NCBI GenBank assembly: GCA_037447605.1
Contig: CM074805.1
Span: forward strand, 3,257,361-3,321,360
DNA: 64,000 nucleotides
Direction: 5' to 3'
DNA from: Zygnema circumcarinatum SAG 698-1b
Lineage: Eukaryota; Plantae; Zygnematophyceae
Positions 37,601 through 51,400 of the stretch are shown piece by piece (within the stretch, counting starts at the first letter, position 1; each line of letters starts with the position of its first letter). The notes under the pieces are model-generated. The model was not told where the DNA came from. It did not search any database and saw only the letters and a list, made by a program, of their open reading frames with translations. Both the position numbers and the translations under genes were made by a program.

Positions 37601-40600
37601 TGTGACCTGCACTTCTTAGGCTTTCACTAGAAGGCCCACAGCCCTTACTCCCAGCCTCGCTTCCACACGCAGCTTGTTCACAATCCATATCTGTCGCCTT
37701 TCGTTTGCACTCTATGGCATCGTCCGGTTCACTCGTGCTCCCTCCGAACACACTGCTTTTCTCATGATCACTTCCGACAGAACAATGACCACCAGCACTT
37801 CCATTCATTCCCCGCTCTATTTTCAATTCCTTCACAACTTCAGGCAACTCACTGACCTCACTATCGTGGCCAGAGGGGTCCGCTCTCGCATGCTCCACTA
37901 TAGTTTCTGAACCTCCCCCAACAGTTTCTCCACTTGACCTCTTTAGTTCAACAACCGTTTCGGGGCATTCCGTGACACTCGCACTCACATCCCCATGCCC
38001 TTCCTGATGACTATTTCTCAGCTCCTGATTCCGCTCTTCATCTTCCAAAGACGTCATCCTCCGTTCACCTGCTTCAAGCACCTTTTCCTCAACTTCAGCA
38101 TCCGTGACCGCACTCAGTCCTACACTATGCTGGGTTTTTTTGTCCTCGACGGTTTCTGGAAAACGGTGGTCAGGCTCCTCCACTGGAGGCGATTCATGTC
38201 CTAGCGAATCTCCATCATCCAGCCTCCCCTCTCTTTCTACAGTGTGCATTAACACGCCATGCTCCACAGCTGAGTCATCAGCCATGCTCACTTTCAGTTC
38301 TACAGGCACTTCAACAATAGTTCCCCTCTCTCCATTGAATGCATCGTGCATAGAAGTTCGCTCAATGCAATCGCCTGGCAGCTCTACGCTTTCAACCCTC
38401 ACATCATGCACTTCTGACGCAGAAGCACAGGCAGCTTCAGGCACCCTTTCCATCCTTCTTTCGATTTCCACGGCAAAGGCGACCTCCAGACTTGTCGCTA
38501 TGACTTTCAGGCCATCGGATCCTCCATCCAAAGGACCTGCTCTCAGGAAAGTGGCGTCTGGCGCCAATACTGTAATCTCAATGTCCACAACCTCCATGTT
38601 GCTGTTTCCAGCTTCCTGGGAACAGTTCATTGTCGTATCGTCTGACTCTACATGCACATCTAGCGACAGTTTCTGCTCCGTTTGCTCATTTTCGGTGAAT
38701 GCAGAGACGGGAGTGAATGCAGAGACGGGAGTGAATGCACAGACTTCATCAGTTACTGGCTGCATCATCCCTGAGAGAAGTTTTTCCCGATTTTCTTCTT
38801 GCTGCTGTACAATTAATAGTTGACTATTATAGCCGTAGGGAGCGTTTGGGAGGCAAGCTCCTCCAGCATCCTCAACCTCCTCTGTTGGTGAGGCTTCAGG
38901 TTTCCTGAACTCCGCACTTGCTAAGTTATCTACCATATCCCCCTCTGCAGCAATTCTCTCCATCGGCACATTCTGCGACCTATCCTCTCCTAAACTCACT
39001 TGCGACCCCTCGGACCCAATTGTTCCATAAACTTCGGCCAGTCGTCTGTCATTGTCCTCCATGGGCACCTCTGCTACGGCTATGCCTCCTCCTTCCTCTT
39101 CCAAAGTAGTCCCTTGTCCACTATCATCCTCTGGCAGTAAGCGGCCTCCATCTGGAGAGCAGTCTTCAGCCAGCATGCCTCCTTCTATCCCAGCTTCCAC
39201 CTCACCTTCCTGTACAGAGGGTTCCCCACTCATTCTGGACCCGTCCTCAACAGTCAGTTTTTCATCCAAGCAACAAATCTCATCTTTCTCTTGGCCTTTT
39301 TCTGTTCTCTTCTCCTGTTCTGCAACTTGTCCTATTTGTGCAGAGCATACTTCACTTCCCTCAAGGTTGCTACCAGCCAGACTACTCCCCTCACACCCTT
39401 GCAGCTCTTTTGCAGGCATGCCATCATTATCTACAACTGCTTCCGGGCTATGATCTCCCCAAGTTGTCTCAGGTACGTCGTCCGTTTGATCGTCAAATTG
39501 CGACATTGTGTGAAGTCTCATTCGCCTTCCAAGCCTATGCTTGCATGGTGGCCTCCCCCTTCGCCTAACAATTTGGTTCTGCCCCCTGGGGGGCCCCACA
39601 ATGTCAGACATATGTCGGAACTTCCGAGCTCCCTGAAGCTCTCCATGATCTCTAAGTACCTGCGGATAGCACAGCAAGACCTTCATGTCATCAAGCAGCA
39701 GGCATCTGTTGATCACCGCATGTGGCCACGCAGGACTTCTGTCTCTATCTGACGATTTTTCGAACCTCATTGGTTTATGGACGGGCCCCATGGAACGTGT
39801 AGATCGACTAGTTGATAAAGCTTCTCCTGAAGCGCGTTTCCTCTGAACTGCTCCTCCAGCGTTCAAATCGCTGCCAGGAGCCGCCGCCAACTTTTGAGAT
39901 CTTCTGAATGCCTTTTCTGAACGAGTAGCGGCTCCTTTCCCAGCTGTTGCCTTAGAAGAGGCACCCTCTGACCTCTTAAAGCAATCTGCTCCTTGATCTG
40001 CTGGCGAAACAACGACAACATTCGAAGAAAAATTACCAAGAGAACTAAGTGGTGGATTGTGCTCCACTACTATATTAGCGTCGGCTTCTCCAACTTCTTT
40101 AACTGCAAGCTTTCTCTTCTTCCTGTGTATGTCTCCAATGCTGTTCTTACTGATTTTAACTCCAAGAAAGCCCTCCGTTTGTACACTCTGAGAAGCAAGA
40201 TCTTTCACAGGGTCCATGCCGGTCTCAAACGCGTTCCTCTCGCCTGCAGGCTGTCGTTTTTGCGGCCTCAGCCTCCCCACATTCAGGCATCCTCGGCTAC
40301 TTTGCAGGAAAGCCTTCCTCCCGCTCCCGTCACATTCCTGCAGTTCTTCTAGATGCCGCTCAGATGAAATCGTGCCTTCCACAGAATCTGCAGAATACAT
40401 GTCCGTTGCATAATGTACTGGGCTTCGAGCGCAAGTATAACTTTCGTCAAGAAGATTTGACACTCCTCCACAAGTCTCCTTTATAACCCTTTCAATGCCC
40501 TCCTTAAGTACGCTATCTCCTAAGTCAACCACTTTGCGAGGCCTCCCACGTCTTCTTTTAATCCACGTTCCCTCGGCCAGTGACAAGGCAAAGAGCTCTA

Positions 40601-42650
40601 ATACTTCACGTTTCGTAGCATTTCCTACCGTCCTCCTCTTATACAACTTCGCCTGCTTGAATGCCAACTGCGCAGCTTTGGAAGCAGAATCCCTCTTTGC
40701 ACGCTGCTGCAAGCTCCCCGGGCCGGTCCAACTGACGAGCTGCGCTAGTTCCCTTAAGCCCCTTGCTGTCCCTCTCCTGCTTGTCATGGGCTCCTTGTGA
40801 GACGCTCCAATTCTCTGCCCCCCTCCAGAATCTCCATTAGCCTCAGCATGTTCCTGGTCACCTTGTGACAACACCTCCCCCGACGCCTGAAGGCCACTCT
40901 TCTTACAGCCAGAACCTTTTTGGAGCTTCACTCCCTTTCGTGACCTCACAAATTCCATCTTCCTAAGCATTTCGACCTTCTTCCGAGACCTCAAACTGCA
41001 TTGTTCATATCCTCTGTCATGTCGATGCTCATCGGCTGCCCCACCCTTTGACTCGTCTGCAGGTCCGGCATTAACCCCTCTTTTCGGTTTCGCCTTTCTT
41101 CGACCCACAAGCAGAAATCTGCGAGGTCTCTTCCACCTAGCCTTGCTGCCGCTGTCCATAGCACTGTCTTTTGCAGGTGCCACGTCTTCTGACTCTTTGA
41201 AAAGCTCCTCTGCGAACGGAGTCTTCACGCGAATTTCCATTTCAGAGGACATATTTGGCAGATTGTTAAGCATCCCATCATCTTGACGGTGGCAATCAAT
41301 TCCACCACAATCAACAACTTCACTTGCCTGAGAAATTCCTCCCACACCCTCCTGAAGCTTAGGGAGTTTTTCACGAATGTCAGCGCCTTCATCAGCCATG
41401 GGAACCACATCAATTGCAGGTCCAGAAATCCATCGCGGACTCCCCCTCCCCAGTGTCCTAGACGAGGTTTGCGGTTCCTTAGGAGCAACTATCCGTTCCT
41501 GTACAGCTAGCTCCTGTTTGCTAGGGTCCTCAGCAGTATGCAATTTTCCGTCACCACTCTGTACACAAAAGAGCCTATCGACTCGCGCGCCAGGCGAAGC
41601 GCTTTGGCCGGCTCTGTTTCGTGCATCTGAAATCTGCCCCGTGGCCTCCGGCGGACCTGCGATTTCCTCCCCACAGTTTTCCTTCCCTATATCTGTACCA
41701 GTCTTGTTGAGTAGTCTTGCCAAGACAGCACCTCTAGAACGCAAAATCTGATAGTACGATTGCATAGGCCCCGCAGATTCGCAAGGTAGACACCACGTCG
41801 GAATCTGGCCCCTTGTTCTCGCTGACCCTTCCGTTTCAAACACAGACACAGCCCTGGACAGATTACTCTGTAACAAGGCCGCTACTGCGGAGGACTGAAC
41901 CAGCGAATGTGATGCAGCATTACTGCAATCTACGGAAGCGCAAGATTCAGGGAGTGCATCGTCATTTCCTGTGCTCTCTGGAGTCAATCTTTCAGTAAAC
42001 ATTATACGATCAGCCCTGGGGTCGAGGACTCTCTCTGACTCCAAACCAAAAGATAGAAAAGCCGGTTCAACATACTCCTGAGACTCTGAACGATTAGCAA
42101 CACAGCCTCGCTGTGATGCTCCCCTTTCTTGCAATAACATTTTCCTCCCCACCTGTACAGGCTCATCTTTGTCTATGAAATAATTTGTTCCGTTATTGCA
42201 CTTCCGTCCAGAACGGCGCAACAAGATTGTAGATTTCCTACGTCTTCCGCGAGCTCCTACTTCTCCAGCCTTCATCTCTCTCTCCAATGAGTCTGCAACG
42301 AATCAATGAATCATGAATACAATGAATTAAATCTTGGAAAATGAGTAAGCAGAGGGTCCATGTCCTAGAGCTTCAAGAGCATGTCGTCCACGTTCTGTGC
42401 CAACACAAATAAAGATTCCAATTAACGCTATGCTTGTCTCAAGCAAGCGCATATTTCCAAGGCGAGGCAATGTGGACTTCAAGTAAGTTTTCAAGCGTGT
42501 TCATGCCAGTATAACTAAATGAAGCAGAAGTCAATACAGGCAAGCCTACTGAGTTACTCCACTTCTCGTCCAAAGCCTCCAACGATCCACCACCAGCTAT
42601 AGTCCCTCACCCTGAAGCAAGACTCTGACTCTGATTTCCCCCTCAAGCAT
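34675..42650 (-). CDS. Gene A: ~2,400-aa nuclear protein with two AT-hook-like motifs and a KANSL2/INO80D-type zf-C3Hc3H finger
   Basis: Exons 42650-42611 (a further 5' exon from ATG 43037 is possible), 42292-37150 and 36622-34675 are phase-consistent. Motifs KRRRGRPRK and RRRGRPP. Finger CAAKGACTQL...CMWHILEDVSAPYAAC...CQMPV...PR|YCLHH. An EAR-like FDLNL lies near the C-terminus. Confidence 0.8.
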
Positions 42651-42999
42651 CTCCAAATCAGCCTCAGACAGTTGGGTGGCTTCCTTTTTCTCTCTCTTCC
42701 CTAGCCTTCTGCAACTTCCATCCTCATTTTGAACGTTTCTTATCGTTCCACCTCTCCAACCCCTTGATCTCTGACCCCTTGACCTCCAAGACTCGCTCCC
42801 CTTTAACCCTCCGATTTTCCCCTGATGCCACGAGACTGCGCCTCACTTCCTCCACGACTTCAAGCCCAAAACCCATCCCATCCCTCGCTCCCTCCTTCCC
42901 TCAACCACACAAACCCTTCCATGCCCTCCCCCCTCCCGCACCGCATCTCCACTCCCTCCCCTCCCTCTCCTCCCCTTACCCGCCTCCGCAAGGTCGCAC

Positions 43000-43480
43000 G
43001 TGCCATGGCGGCCCGCTCGGCTTCCCCCGCCCGGCATGGTCCTCCGCGAGCGCCACGTGGCGCGGCAACTGCAGACGGCGGGCGGGCGGTACGGCGGCGG
43101 AGGTTACCGGTGTACGTCCTCGTGTCGTGTTCTTGTCTCGCTCTGCCGCTTGCGCGGCCGCCCGTCCTCCCCCTCCGGCACAGGCACAGCGCGGGAATTT
43201 CCGGTTCCAGCCTGCCTGCCTTTCAGGGGAGGGGCCGTACGGCGCGCGTGCGGGTGCGCGTGCGGCACGCGTCCAAGGGCGGGCCGAGGGCGACTGGGCG
43301 AGGCAGTGAGGCAGAGGCAGGCGGAGGCAGCGAGCGACCGAGCGCGGGGACGGGACTGGGTCACTTGGGTCACTGGGTCACTGAGCCCGGGCGGGACCCA
43401 CCGGGCCGGACGGCCCGCGATTGGACGGGCCACACCGGTTGTTGGCGGGTTGTTGGGCGCCGGCGCGGGCGTGCGAGCGG
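43000..43480 (-). promoter_or_regulatory. GC island, putative promoter/5' region of gene A
   Basis: GC-rich with GCCACGTGGC near 43052 and a donor-like G|GTAAG near 42980 on the minus strand. Confidence 0.5.
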
Positions 43481-43484
43481 GCAT

Positions 43485-44222
43485 CATGGCATGGCATGGC
43501 AGGGCATGGCATGGCATGGCAGGGCATGGCATGGCATGGCAAGGCATGGCATGGCATGGCAAGGCATGGCATGGCATGGCAAGGCATGGCATGGCTGGGC
43601 ATGGCATGGCATGGTAGGGCATGGCATGGCATGGTAGGGCATGGCATGGCAAGGCATGGCATGGCATGGTATGGCATGGTATGGCATGGCATGGCATGGC
43701 AGGGCATGGCATGGCATCGCATGGCATGGCATGGCATGGCATCGCATGGCATGGCATGGCAAGGCATGGCATGGCATGGCATGGCAGGGCATGGCATGGC
43801 ATGGCAAGGCATGGCATGGCATGGCAAGGCATGGCATGGCATGGCATGGCATGGCATGGCATGGCATGGGGCATGGCATGGCATGGTAGGGCATGGCATG
43901 GCAAGGCATGGCATGGCATCGCATGGCATGGCATCGCATGGCATGGCATGGCATGGCATCGCATGGCATGGCATGGCATGGCAAGGCATGGCATGGCATG
44001 GCAAGGCATGGCATGGCATGGCAAGGCATGGGGCATGGCATGGCATGGCAAGGCATGGCATGGCATGGCAAGGCATGGCATGGCATGGCAAGGCATGGCA
44101 TGGCATGGCATGGCATCGCATGGCATGGCATGGCATGGCAGGGCATGGCATGGCAAGGCATGGCATGGCTGGGCATGGCATGGCATGGCATCGCATGGCA
44201 TGGCATCGCATGGCATGGCATG
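43485..44222. repeat. (CATGG)n pentamer satellite, ~148 units with GGCAA/GGCAG/TCGCA variants
   Basis: Read directly. It is the source of the PCHAM/MAWHG pseudo-ORFs. Confidence 0.95.
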
Positions 44223-45427
44223 TGCTGGAGGAAGGCCTGGCCTGGCCTTCGAGCTCTCGCGTGACCCGTTCCTCGTGGTTCTCTAAGTTATGTTTGTCCA
44301 TGTAACATTTGATGGCCTCGCCCTCGTGAATTCAATGAAATTTCCCTCCCATTTTCCTTCTTCTGTTAGTCGCCCTTTCCTTCGTACAATCTCATGACAC
44401 CAACATCGTGGGATCAAAACAATTCATTTTTCCCTCCTTCATGCATTGCGAGCCATGCGATAGCCGTCCGAAGGGCACAAGAGCAATTTGACCGGCAATC
44501 CTCTCGCCCCAATGCTAACCACGACTTCGTATAGCAGATAGGAATCCAAACCTATCGCTCACAAAGGAAGCTGACTTCAAACAAAAAATATTTATATATA
44601 CATATGTAAAACCACCAAGGGCTCTGTTTCTAAGAACCCGTTTTTATCGAAAACTGTTTCATTCTGTCGTTTGCGAGGAAAAGCGACACACCACCACTTA
44701 CAAGGCCTTGGAACTTTTCACTTTTTAACCTATTTTTCAGCATATGCAAATGTCAACTTTTTCCCTGCACAAATAGGACAAACACAAACCAGGCAGACTA
44801 AAAACGAAGCCAGTTTACACGGCTCATTGTGAACGACGTCACGAGACTTTCCTGTACATGTCTAGTTTCCATAACAGGCACGAAAACGTATTTATACAGA
44901 GCTGGGACACTTGGGGTGCTTCAATCGCCGAGCTGCGGCTCTCTTCTGACCCTCCTATGGGACACAACCCCCCTAACTCCCTCATCCTGACACCCTCTCG
45001 TCATCGTTTTATTCCATACAGCAGACGAGGTTAGGCCGCAGCCAATCAGAGCAGTCCTCCTCGAGCACTGCCTGCTGTGCTGGGAAGCAGGCACGAGGTC
45101 ATCAGAGCGCATGAGATGACCATTGCCTGACTCGCAGCGCTATTCTGTTCTGTTCCCCAGTATCTTGTCCTTTCAGACTCTTCCGAGGAATTTGTGCATC
45201 CCAACTTGAGATGTTTGTGAGCAGCTTGCATGTTCCGCCTCTCTCGGTATCTCATTCATCACCCTCCCAATGTTTTTCATTCAGCTATCCCGCAAAACTC
45301 TTGTCACCATCTACATCGAATTCTTTTTCCGTAAGATCACATTTACCTCCTCTCACAGGCCATCTAGCCTATCTGCCCTCTCAGCTCGTCCTTCACTGGT
45401 CCACATCGTACCTTCTGTCTGCACAAA

Positions 45428-48400
45428 CTACAACATCTTTCTGTTCAACGAGAACAAGCGGTCACGGCTTTTATCACCAATTTCAGTGATGGAACCCTTA
45501 CAAGACCTGCAGCAAGATACAACTTCCATTCGAATCGTACCCAGCTCCCGCAACACTGGTAACCTTTGTGCTGTCTCTATGTTTGCGATGTCCTCATGGC
45601 CGCAAGATGATATAAGTTCCACATAGAACACGTTCAGGGTTTCCTCAGTTTCCCCACTCCTGTCCCATTCCATGATTTCACCTGCGCAGCTTTCACCGAC
45701 CCTCTCCCTCTAACAATGCCTTGTTCCTTCTTTCAGTGCCCCGTCCTCCTCCTAGGACTCTACACCTGCTTGACACGTGTCAGAATTTGCATGTGCAAAA
45801 TTTGTCTTTGCCTGCGGACCCCACTGTTCTCGCGCTGCGCAGTCGTATACCTTCGCGGCAGCCATTGCGGTAGGGAAGCTTCCGAGCTGAATCTTCCAGC
45901 CAGACTCACTGCAAGGAATTTCAGCAACAAACTTTCCGGAGTCTGTTCTGCGAATTCCAACGTAAGTGACATCACTGCACATCGCAGTCTGAGCTGGGAA
46001 TGTCGAGATTTTGGATTCAGCTGGAGGGAAAGGGAGTTGCTCAAGACCAGCATCGCTCGGATAGTCTTTGCTGACCCCTGTTTGAAAAAGAGAGGAACGT
46101 GCTGATTTGCCTGAATCGCCACATTGTTGTGCACGCTTGAGGCCAGTGACTTCCCTTCGACTTCCACACTTCCCCACTACTTGCAATGCTGTAACTTTTG
46201 ATATAGAGCGCTTCATGCTTTTGGAAAACTCATCAGCGTTAAGCCCTTCATACTCCGTGACTTCCTCACAATGACCAACGTTCCCTAGCAATGAGAGCCT
46301 TTTGCTTGTAAGAGGCTGAGCATGCTTGCCCCCTCCACGATTCAGAATGAATCCTTCAGTTTTTGGGACACACATTGCGGGTTCAGGGTCTTTTGGGCTT
46401 GAGCCGAAACCACGTTTGAGCCTAGAAAGTCGCCGGTTTCGGACCTCTGTGAAAGGATGATCTTGGTCACTGTCCCGGTGATTACCGGTCTTATTAGTGG
46501 GTTCTTCATCAGGAGGAGGCATATAAGAGGTGATAAGAGGTGGGTGCCAAGATAGTGGAATGATTTCATGCGCAAGAGTGGCTGCTGCAACAGCCTTAGA
46601 AAATTCCCCGCCCTGGAGAAGACCTCTCAAGTGATTGGCAGTTCCCAGGGTTGCAGCTTCCGGCCGATGCAATAGACAATACCTACAGAAACAACCCAAT
46701 TGTTCTGTCAATGATCATGAGACATTTAAAAAAGGGCGCCTGTTTCTACATCAGAGTACATTCGCAGCAGGCAAAGGGTATCGCACTCAAAGTAAACACA
46801 AATGCGTCATGAAGTGGTGTACCTGGGATTGGAGTTATTCACCCAAACGGGCATTGAACAGTTGTACCGTTGCGGCTGCTTCTGCTTCGCCTCTGAATTA
46901 CCCCCACCTCCATATTGGCATCGATAGTATGGAGAAAAGGCATCCTCCAGAATGTGCCGAATGCAGAACCTGAACCCTGTCATAGAGAGCTGAGTGCATC
47001 CTCCTTGGGATCGACAGGGAGATATTTGTAGATCTGACGGGTATGCCATCTCGTCACATTTCCCTTTCTTCGCCATGGCTTCTTCATCATCCTCACCAGA
47101 CCATTCCTCTAACTCTCCCATTTTCCTGTGTCGAGCTTCCTCTAAACACTGTTTATCCGCTATCTTCATCGCTCCATCCTCTGCGTTCAAAGTGGTGATG
47201 CGCAAATGCGTAGACGAGACGACTTCAATCAACAAAACAGTGCCTGTCACAACTTCATTTGCCTTAGCGAATGCATGCCAACCACTTCGGAGACGCACAT
47301 TCTGGTTTTTGGATCCGTATGATTCCCACGCCATCCTCCACTTGCGGCCGCGTTCATCTTCCACCGACAAAGGTCCATAACTTCCAGGAAGAAACTGCTT
47401 CATGAAAGGCACGGGCAGATCCTGACCCATGCCAAAATGCAAGACTTCAAATCAGACCGCCGCTAGGAGAGCATGACATGATACCTAAAAAAACGACATG
47501 ATTCTATTGGGTTTATACAGCCAACATGGTTTGAGAGCAAGCAAGCTACGAATAGGGCTGATATGTACGGTAGTAGCTTCATCGATCCACAACGGTACAA
47601 GGTTTAGGAGGAAGTTGTGAGACAGAATAACATACCATGTATTTCAACAAAGTCTGATACTTTGGTACTCTTTTGGCACAGGATGGCCAAAAACCGCGCT
47701 TGGCTTTTAGCATTTGTAGAATGTAAACAAGCTCTTTGTGGTGGTAAATGCCCGAGTCAATCAGAGGTACATATAGACGGTCTATAGAGACCTCATTGTT
47801 GACAACGGCCATTGTCAAATCCTCGTCCTTTTCACCGACAAACACGTATTTTTTTCTTTGTGTTGCACGAGATAATTTGACCAATTCAAATGGTATTGCT
47901 GATGGCTGCATCCTGCAGGACCAAGGTACGCAGTCATAACACATTCTTGACCTCCTTTCCCTCGATCTCATTTCACTATCCTATCGTGAGAGCTAATCAA
48001 GAACAGCAGATACTGAAGCTGTGACCGGTGCCGCTTCAAGTGGATATTACTCCTTCTACAACGGAACTCCAATAGATGGCAATTGTGCTGGTCTGAAAAC
48101 ATACATTCCGGTCTAGAGGACTTGTCATTCATACTCAGGGTTGTCCTGAAATCTAAGTGTTTTGACAAAGACGGTAGCACATAATCAAGGCCTGCGCTAA
48201 GTCTAAATGCACAACTCTGAACTGTAAAAGCTAAAAGACCAAGTACAAGAGCTGTAGCAGCAAAACCCAAGTGAGCACATGGAAGAGGCGTTAATGCAAC
48301 TTCGTTGAACCCTACCGTTGTGAACGAATACCGGGTCTGACTCCGTCACCAGATTCTTCTTTTGTTGGCTCTGATTCCATGGCAATCTCTGTCCCAACCA

Positions 48401-51400
48401 TTCCATTTCCAGAGATATGCTTTCCGCTTTCCCCATCTGCAACACCAGTCCCTTTAGAAAAGGTCTCACACTGTACTAATCCCCTTTCAACCGACTCCTC
48501 TTGACGTCCAGTGCGTGCCATCTTCACATTCAAATCCTCAAAACCCACCTCCCTTTCTGAAATTGTGCACTGTTCTCCCCCTGCAGATTGCGCTCGCATC
48601 TGCGCAAATCCAATGTTTGTTGCCTCCTCAGCTCCTCCAGAAGCCGCTTCCTTCGTCTCTGCTTCCTTGAGGGAAGCAAGTCTCTGGAAATCCTCTTTTT
48701 CAGTGTTCATTATGATGTCCTCAACGATAGGCTCTGTCACCTCGCCTGAAAGTCCATTCTCTACCATGTTTTGACCAGCTCCAACATCACTCACCTTCGC
48801 AATTTTGACATCGGATGCGGCCTGACGCTGAAAACCACCTTTTCCCAAGGTCGCTTCAGTTCTTACTGGGACACATCGCTTTAGCATTTCTTCCGACTGT
48901 CTGCAGTTTGCCATCTCCTCGCCATCTCCAAAATCAAATTTCTCCGTCACAACCTCCTTAAGAGAGGTTTGCCTTTGGACTACCGCCATTTCAGTGTTAG
49001 CCAAGTTCGCATCAACTTCAACAAACGTTTTTTCCATCCCAGCTTCCATACACGTTGCGCCCTCTTGAGAAACCTCTTGTTGAAAGGCTGTCTCCGTTCC
49101 CTCTGATAACAAGTTTTTGCTTATCTCGTCTCGACTTCCACCATTCCTCATTATTTCAAGGCCAACATACTCTAATGACTCCCAACGTGCCGCACGTTCA
49201 CACCTTTCTTCAGAGTTCCTCAGATATGATGTTTGTCCCACTTCAGCAGAAGGTGTTTCCGCAGAAACACGTCCCACTTCAGCAAAAGGTGTTTCCGCAG
49301 AAACACATTCCATTGCTACCCCTTCTCTACCGCCTGCTCGCTGTTCAATACTCAGATCGCCATTTTCTACCTGGAAGTTCTGACCACCTCTACTTTCAAT
49401 ATACGACTCCAACTGAGCCCAAGGAGCGCCACTCTGCATGCGGAAGACAACAACTTTGAAAACTTGAACTTGAAACTTGAAACTTGAACTTGAAAGCTTT
49501 GCCCCATTCAGTAGTTCGAAGAGGAGAACATCCCCTGCAAGCAGTCCTTTCGCCATCGCAAAGTCCAACCAGCCGCGCTGCAGGTGTGGATTCCTCCCTG
49601 AACTTTCAAACTTCCAAAAGGCATCCCAACGCTTCCCCGCATCATCTTCCAGGGCCACTTCTCCCGCATTTCCCTTCACGTACTTGTGGAAAAATTGCGC
49701 CGGCAAAGCCTGGAGAATACCCCCCCGGATGAAGAAGAAAAGAATGAGATGATCCAGTTAATTGTACGGTTAAGAAACCCTTCTGTGGATGCGAACCCTA
49801 TTGAAAGATACAGTCGCATAACCCAGGGATTGTATTCAGACCAACAAGTATTCATGACGATTCTACGGGTTTCTCATCCAAAGCACTCTTGATCCAGTTC
49901 ATTGCCCCAATTCGCAACTTCAAAAAAGCGTCTCCTATCAAAGAAAGGCAGCCAGGTTGTGAAGTACATTTTTGGTTCTAGTTACAGGAGCTATGTGACA
50001 CCTGTCACCAAATATGAACAAAATGTTTCTAAAGACCCTGACGTAACACATGAATGCCCAAAGCAACTCTACCCCCCACTTTCTGTCACCGTCCTAAAGC
50101 CTTAAAATATTCCCCTAATCCAGTTTCTTGTGGAATGGAAATCTTGAAGTCAAAGTCAAATGTACTCAAGGATGCCCGATAGAACTATCGCTTAAAAAGT
50201 AACTAACGTTGCTGGCATTAAAATATCTGGCACTGATATTCTTTCTATACCATCCTTCTTCCCCTACTGTGCTCACCATAATCACCAACCAAAAGCGACT
50301 AGAGCAAAGGTGACATTACCATGCCTTTGTTTGTCTTCAAGAAATCTGTTGGAGTCATCACCCTTGCGAATGAAGGGTGACGAGTCCATAACCCCTCAAT
50401 CGCCGTCATTAGCGATTCAGCTCCATCCCGTGCATTGGGGTTGTGCGTAGTGCATGGTTGATGCCGGACACTCCCATTCTCAATCCTACTATTGAAAATC
50501 ACTCGCCCTTTGTCAGATTGAGACGTTTGTTCCTCCTTCCCATGTAAATCCACCACCTGTAGCGGACTACTGCTTGACGGGTTCTGAACTCCCGCTGTCT
50601 GCAAAGTATTCCCCTGTGAGCATTCGAAATTGCAAAGGGGGAGGCCTGCGACTTTACACCGTTTACTTTCCTTCCTGTCTCCAGTTGTAAGAGCATCATC
50701 CGATGCCACCTGTCCAGACCCACCATCACTGCTTGAGCCTGCGACACGTGGCCTACCTGCAGGAATTCCAAAACCAGGCATCCCGAGACTTCGAAAACGA
50801 CGTTTTTTGGCTTTTCCTCGAGCATTTGCTGCAGCCGGTTCGGAAGGACCCGCTTGGAGGGGAACATCTTGGGATTGTGTTAACTCATTCGGAACACACT
50901 GCGCAAAACGATCGTGCATGCCATCAAGAAAGGAGAAGAAACATGCCGCGTGAAATGAAAACTACCAATTGGATCTAAATAACGCACTCCTATATTTGTT
51001 AACACTTGCATGATACAGCATCTGAACTCAGCACGTTCCCTCTATTCCGTGTGCCTTGTGTTATTCTCACTGCTATCACATTTCTTTCTGAACAAATCCA
51101 CTTGCGTATTTGCTGCCCAAATAGCATGTCAAGGCGTGTGACGGGTTGTGGAACACTGACTTGACAGGGCACCTCACCTTGCTTTTGTCAAGCGTTGCAA
51201 TTTGCATACCCCTCTCCATTTGCGCACGAACGGGAAAGGTAACTCTCACTTTTTCCTTTCCAATGACCTCAAAAAGAAGAACCTCTCCTTGCTCAATCTT
51301 ATGCGCCTGCGCGAATTCATTCCAACCCTGGCAGATACTAAACTGTCTCCTCCCAGTAACCCCATGGGATTTGACCAAATATTCTCGCATCAGATAACTA

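Noticed and set aside
43104-44305. Long ORFs (PCHAM/MAWHG repeats)
   Set aside because: Translations of the stop-free (CATGG)n satellite in all frames; no coding evidence.
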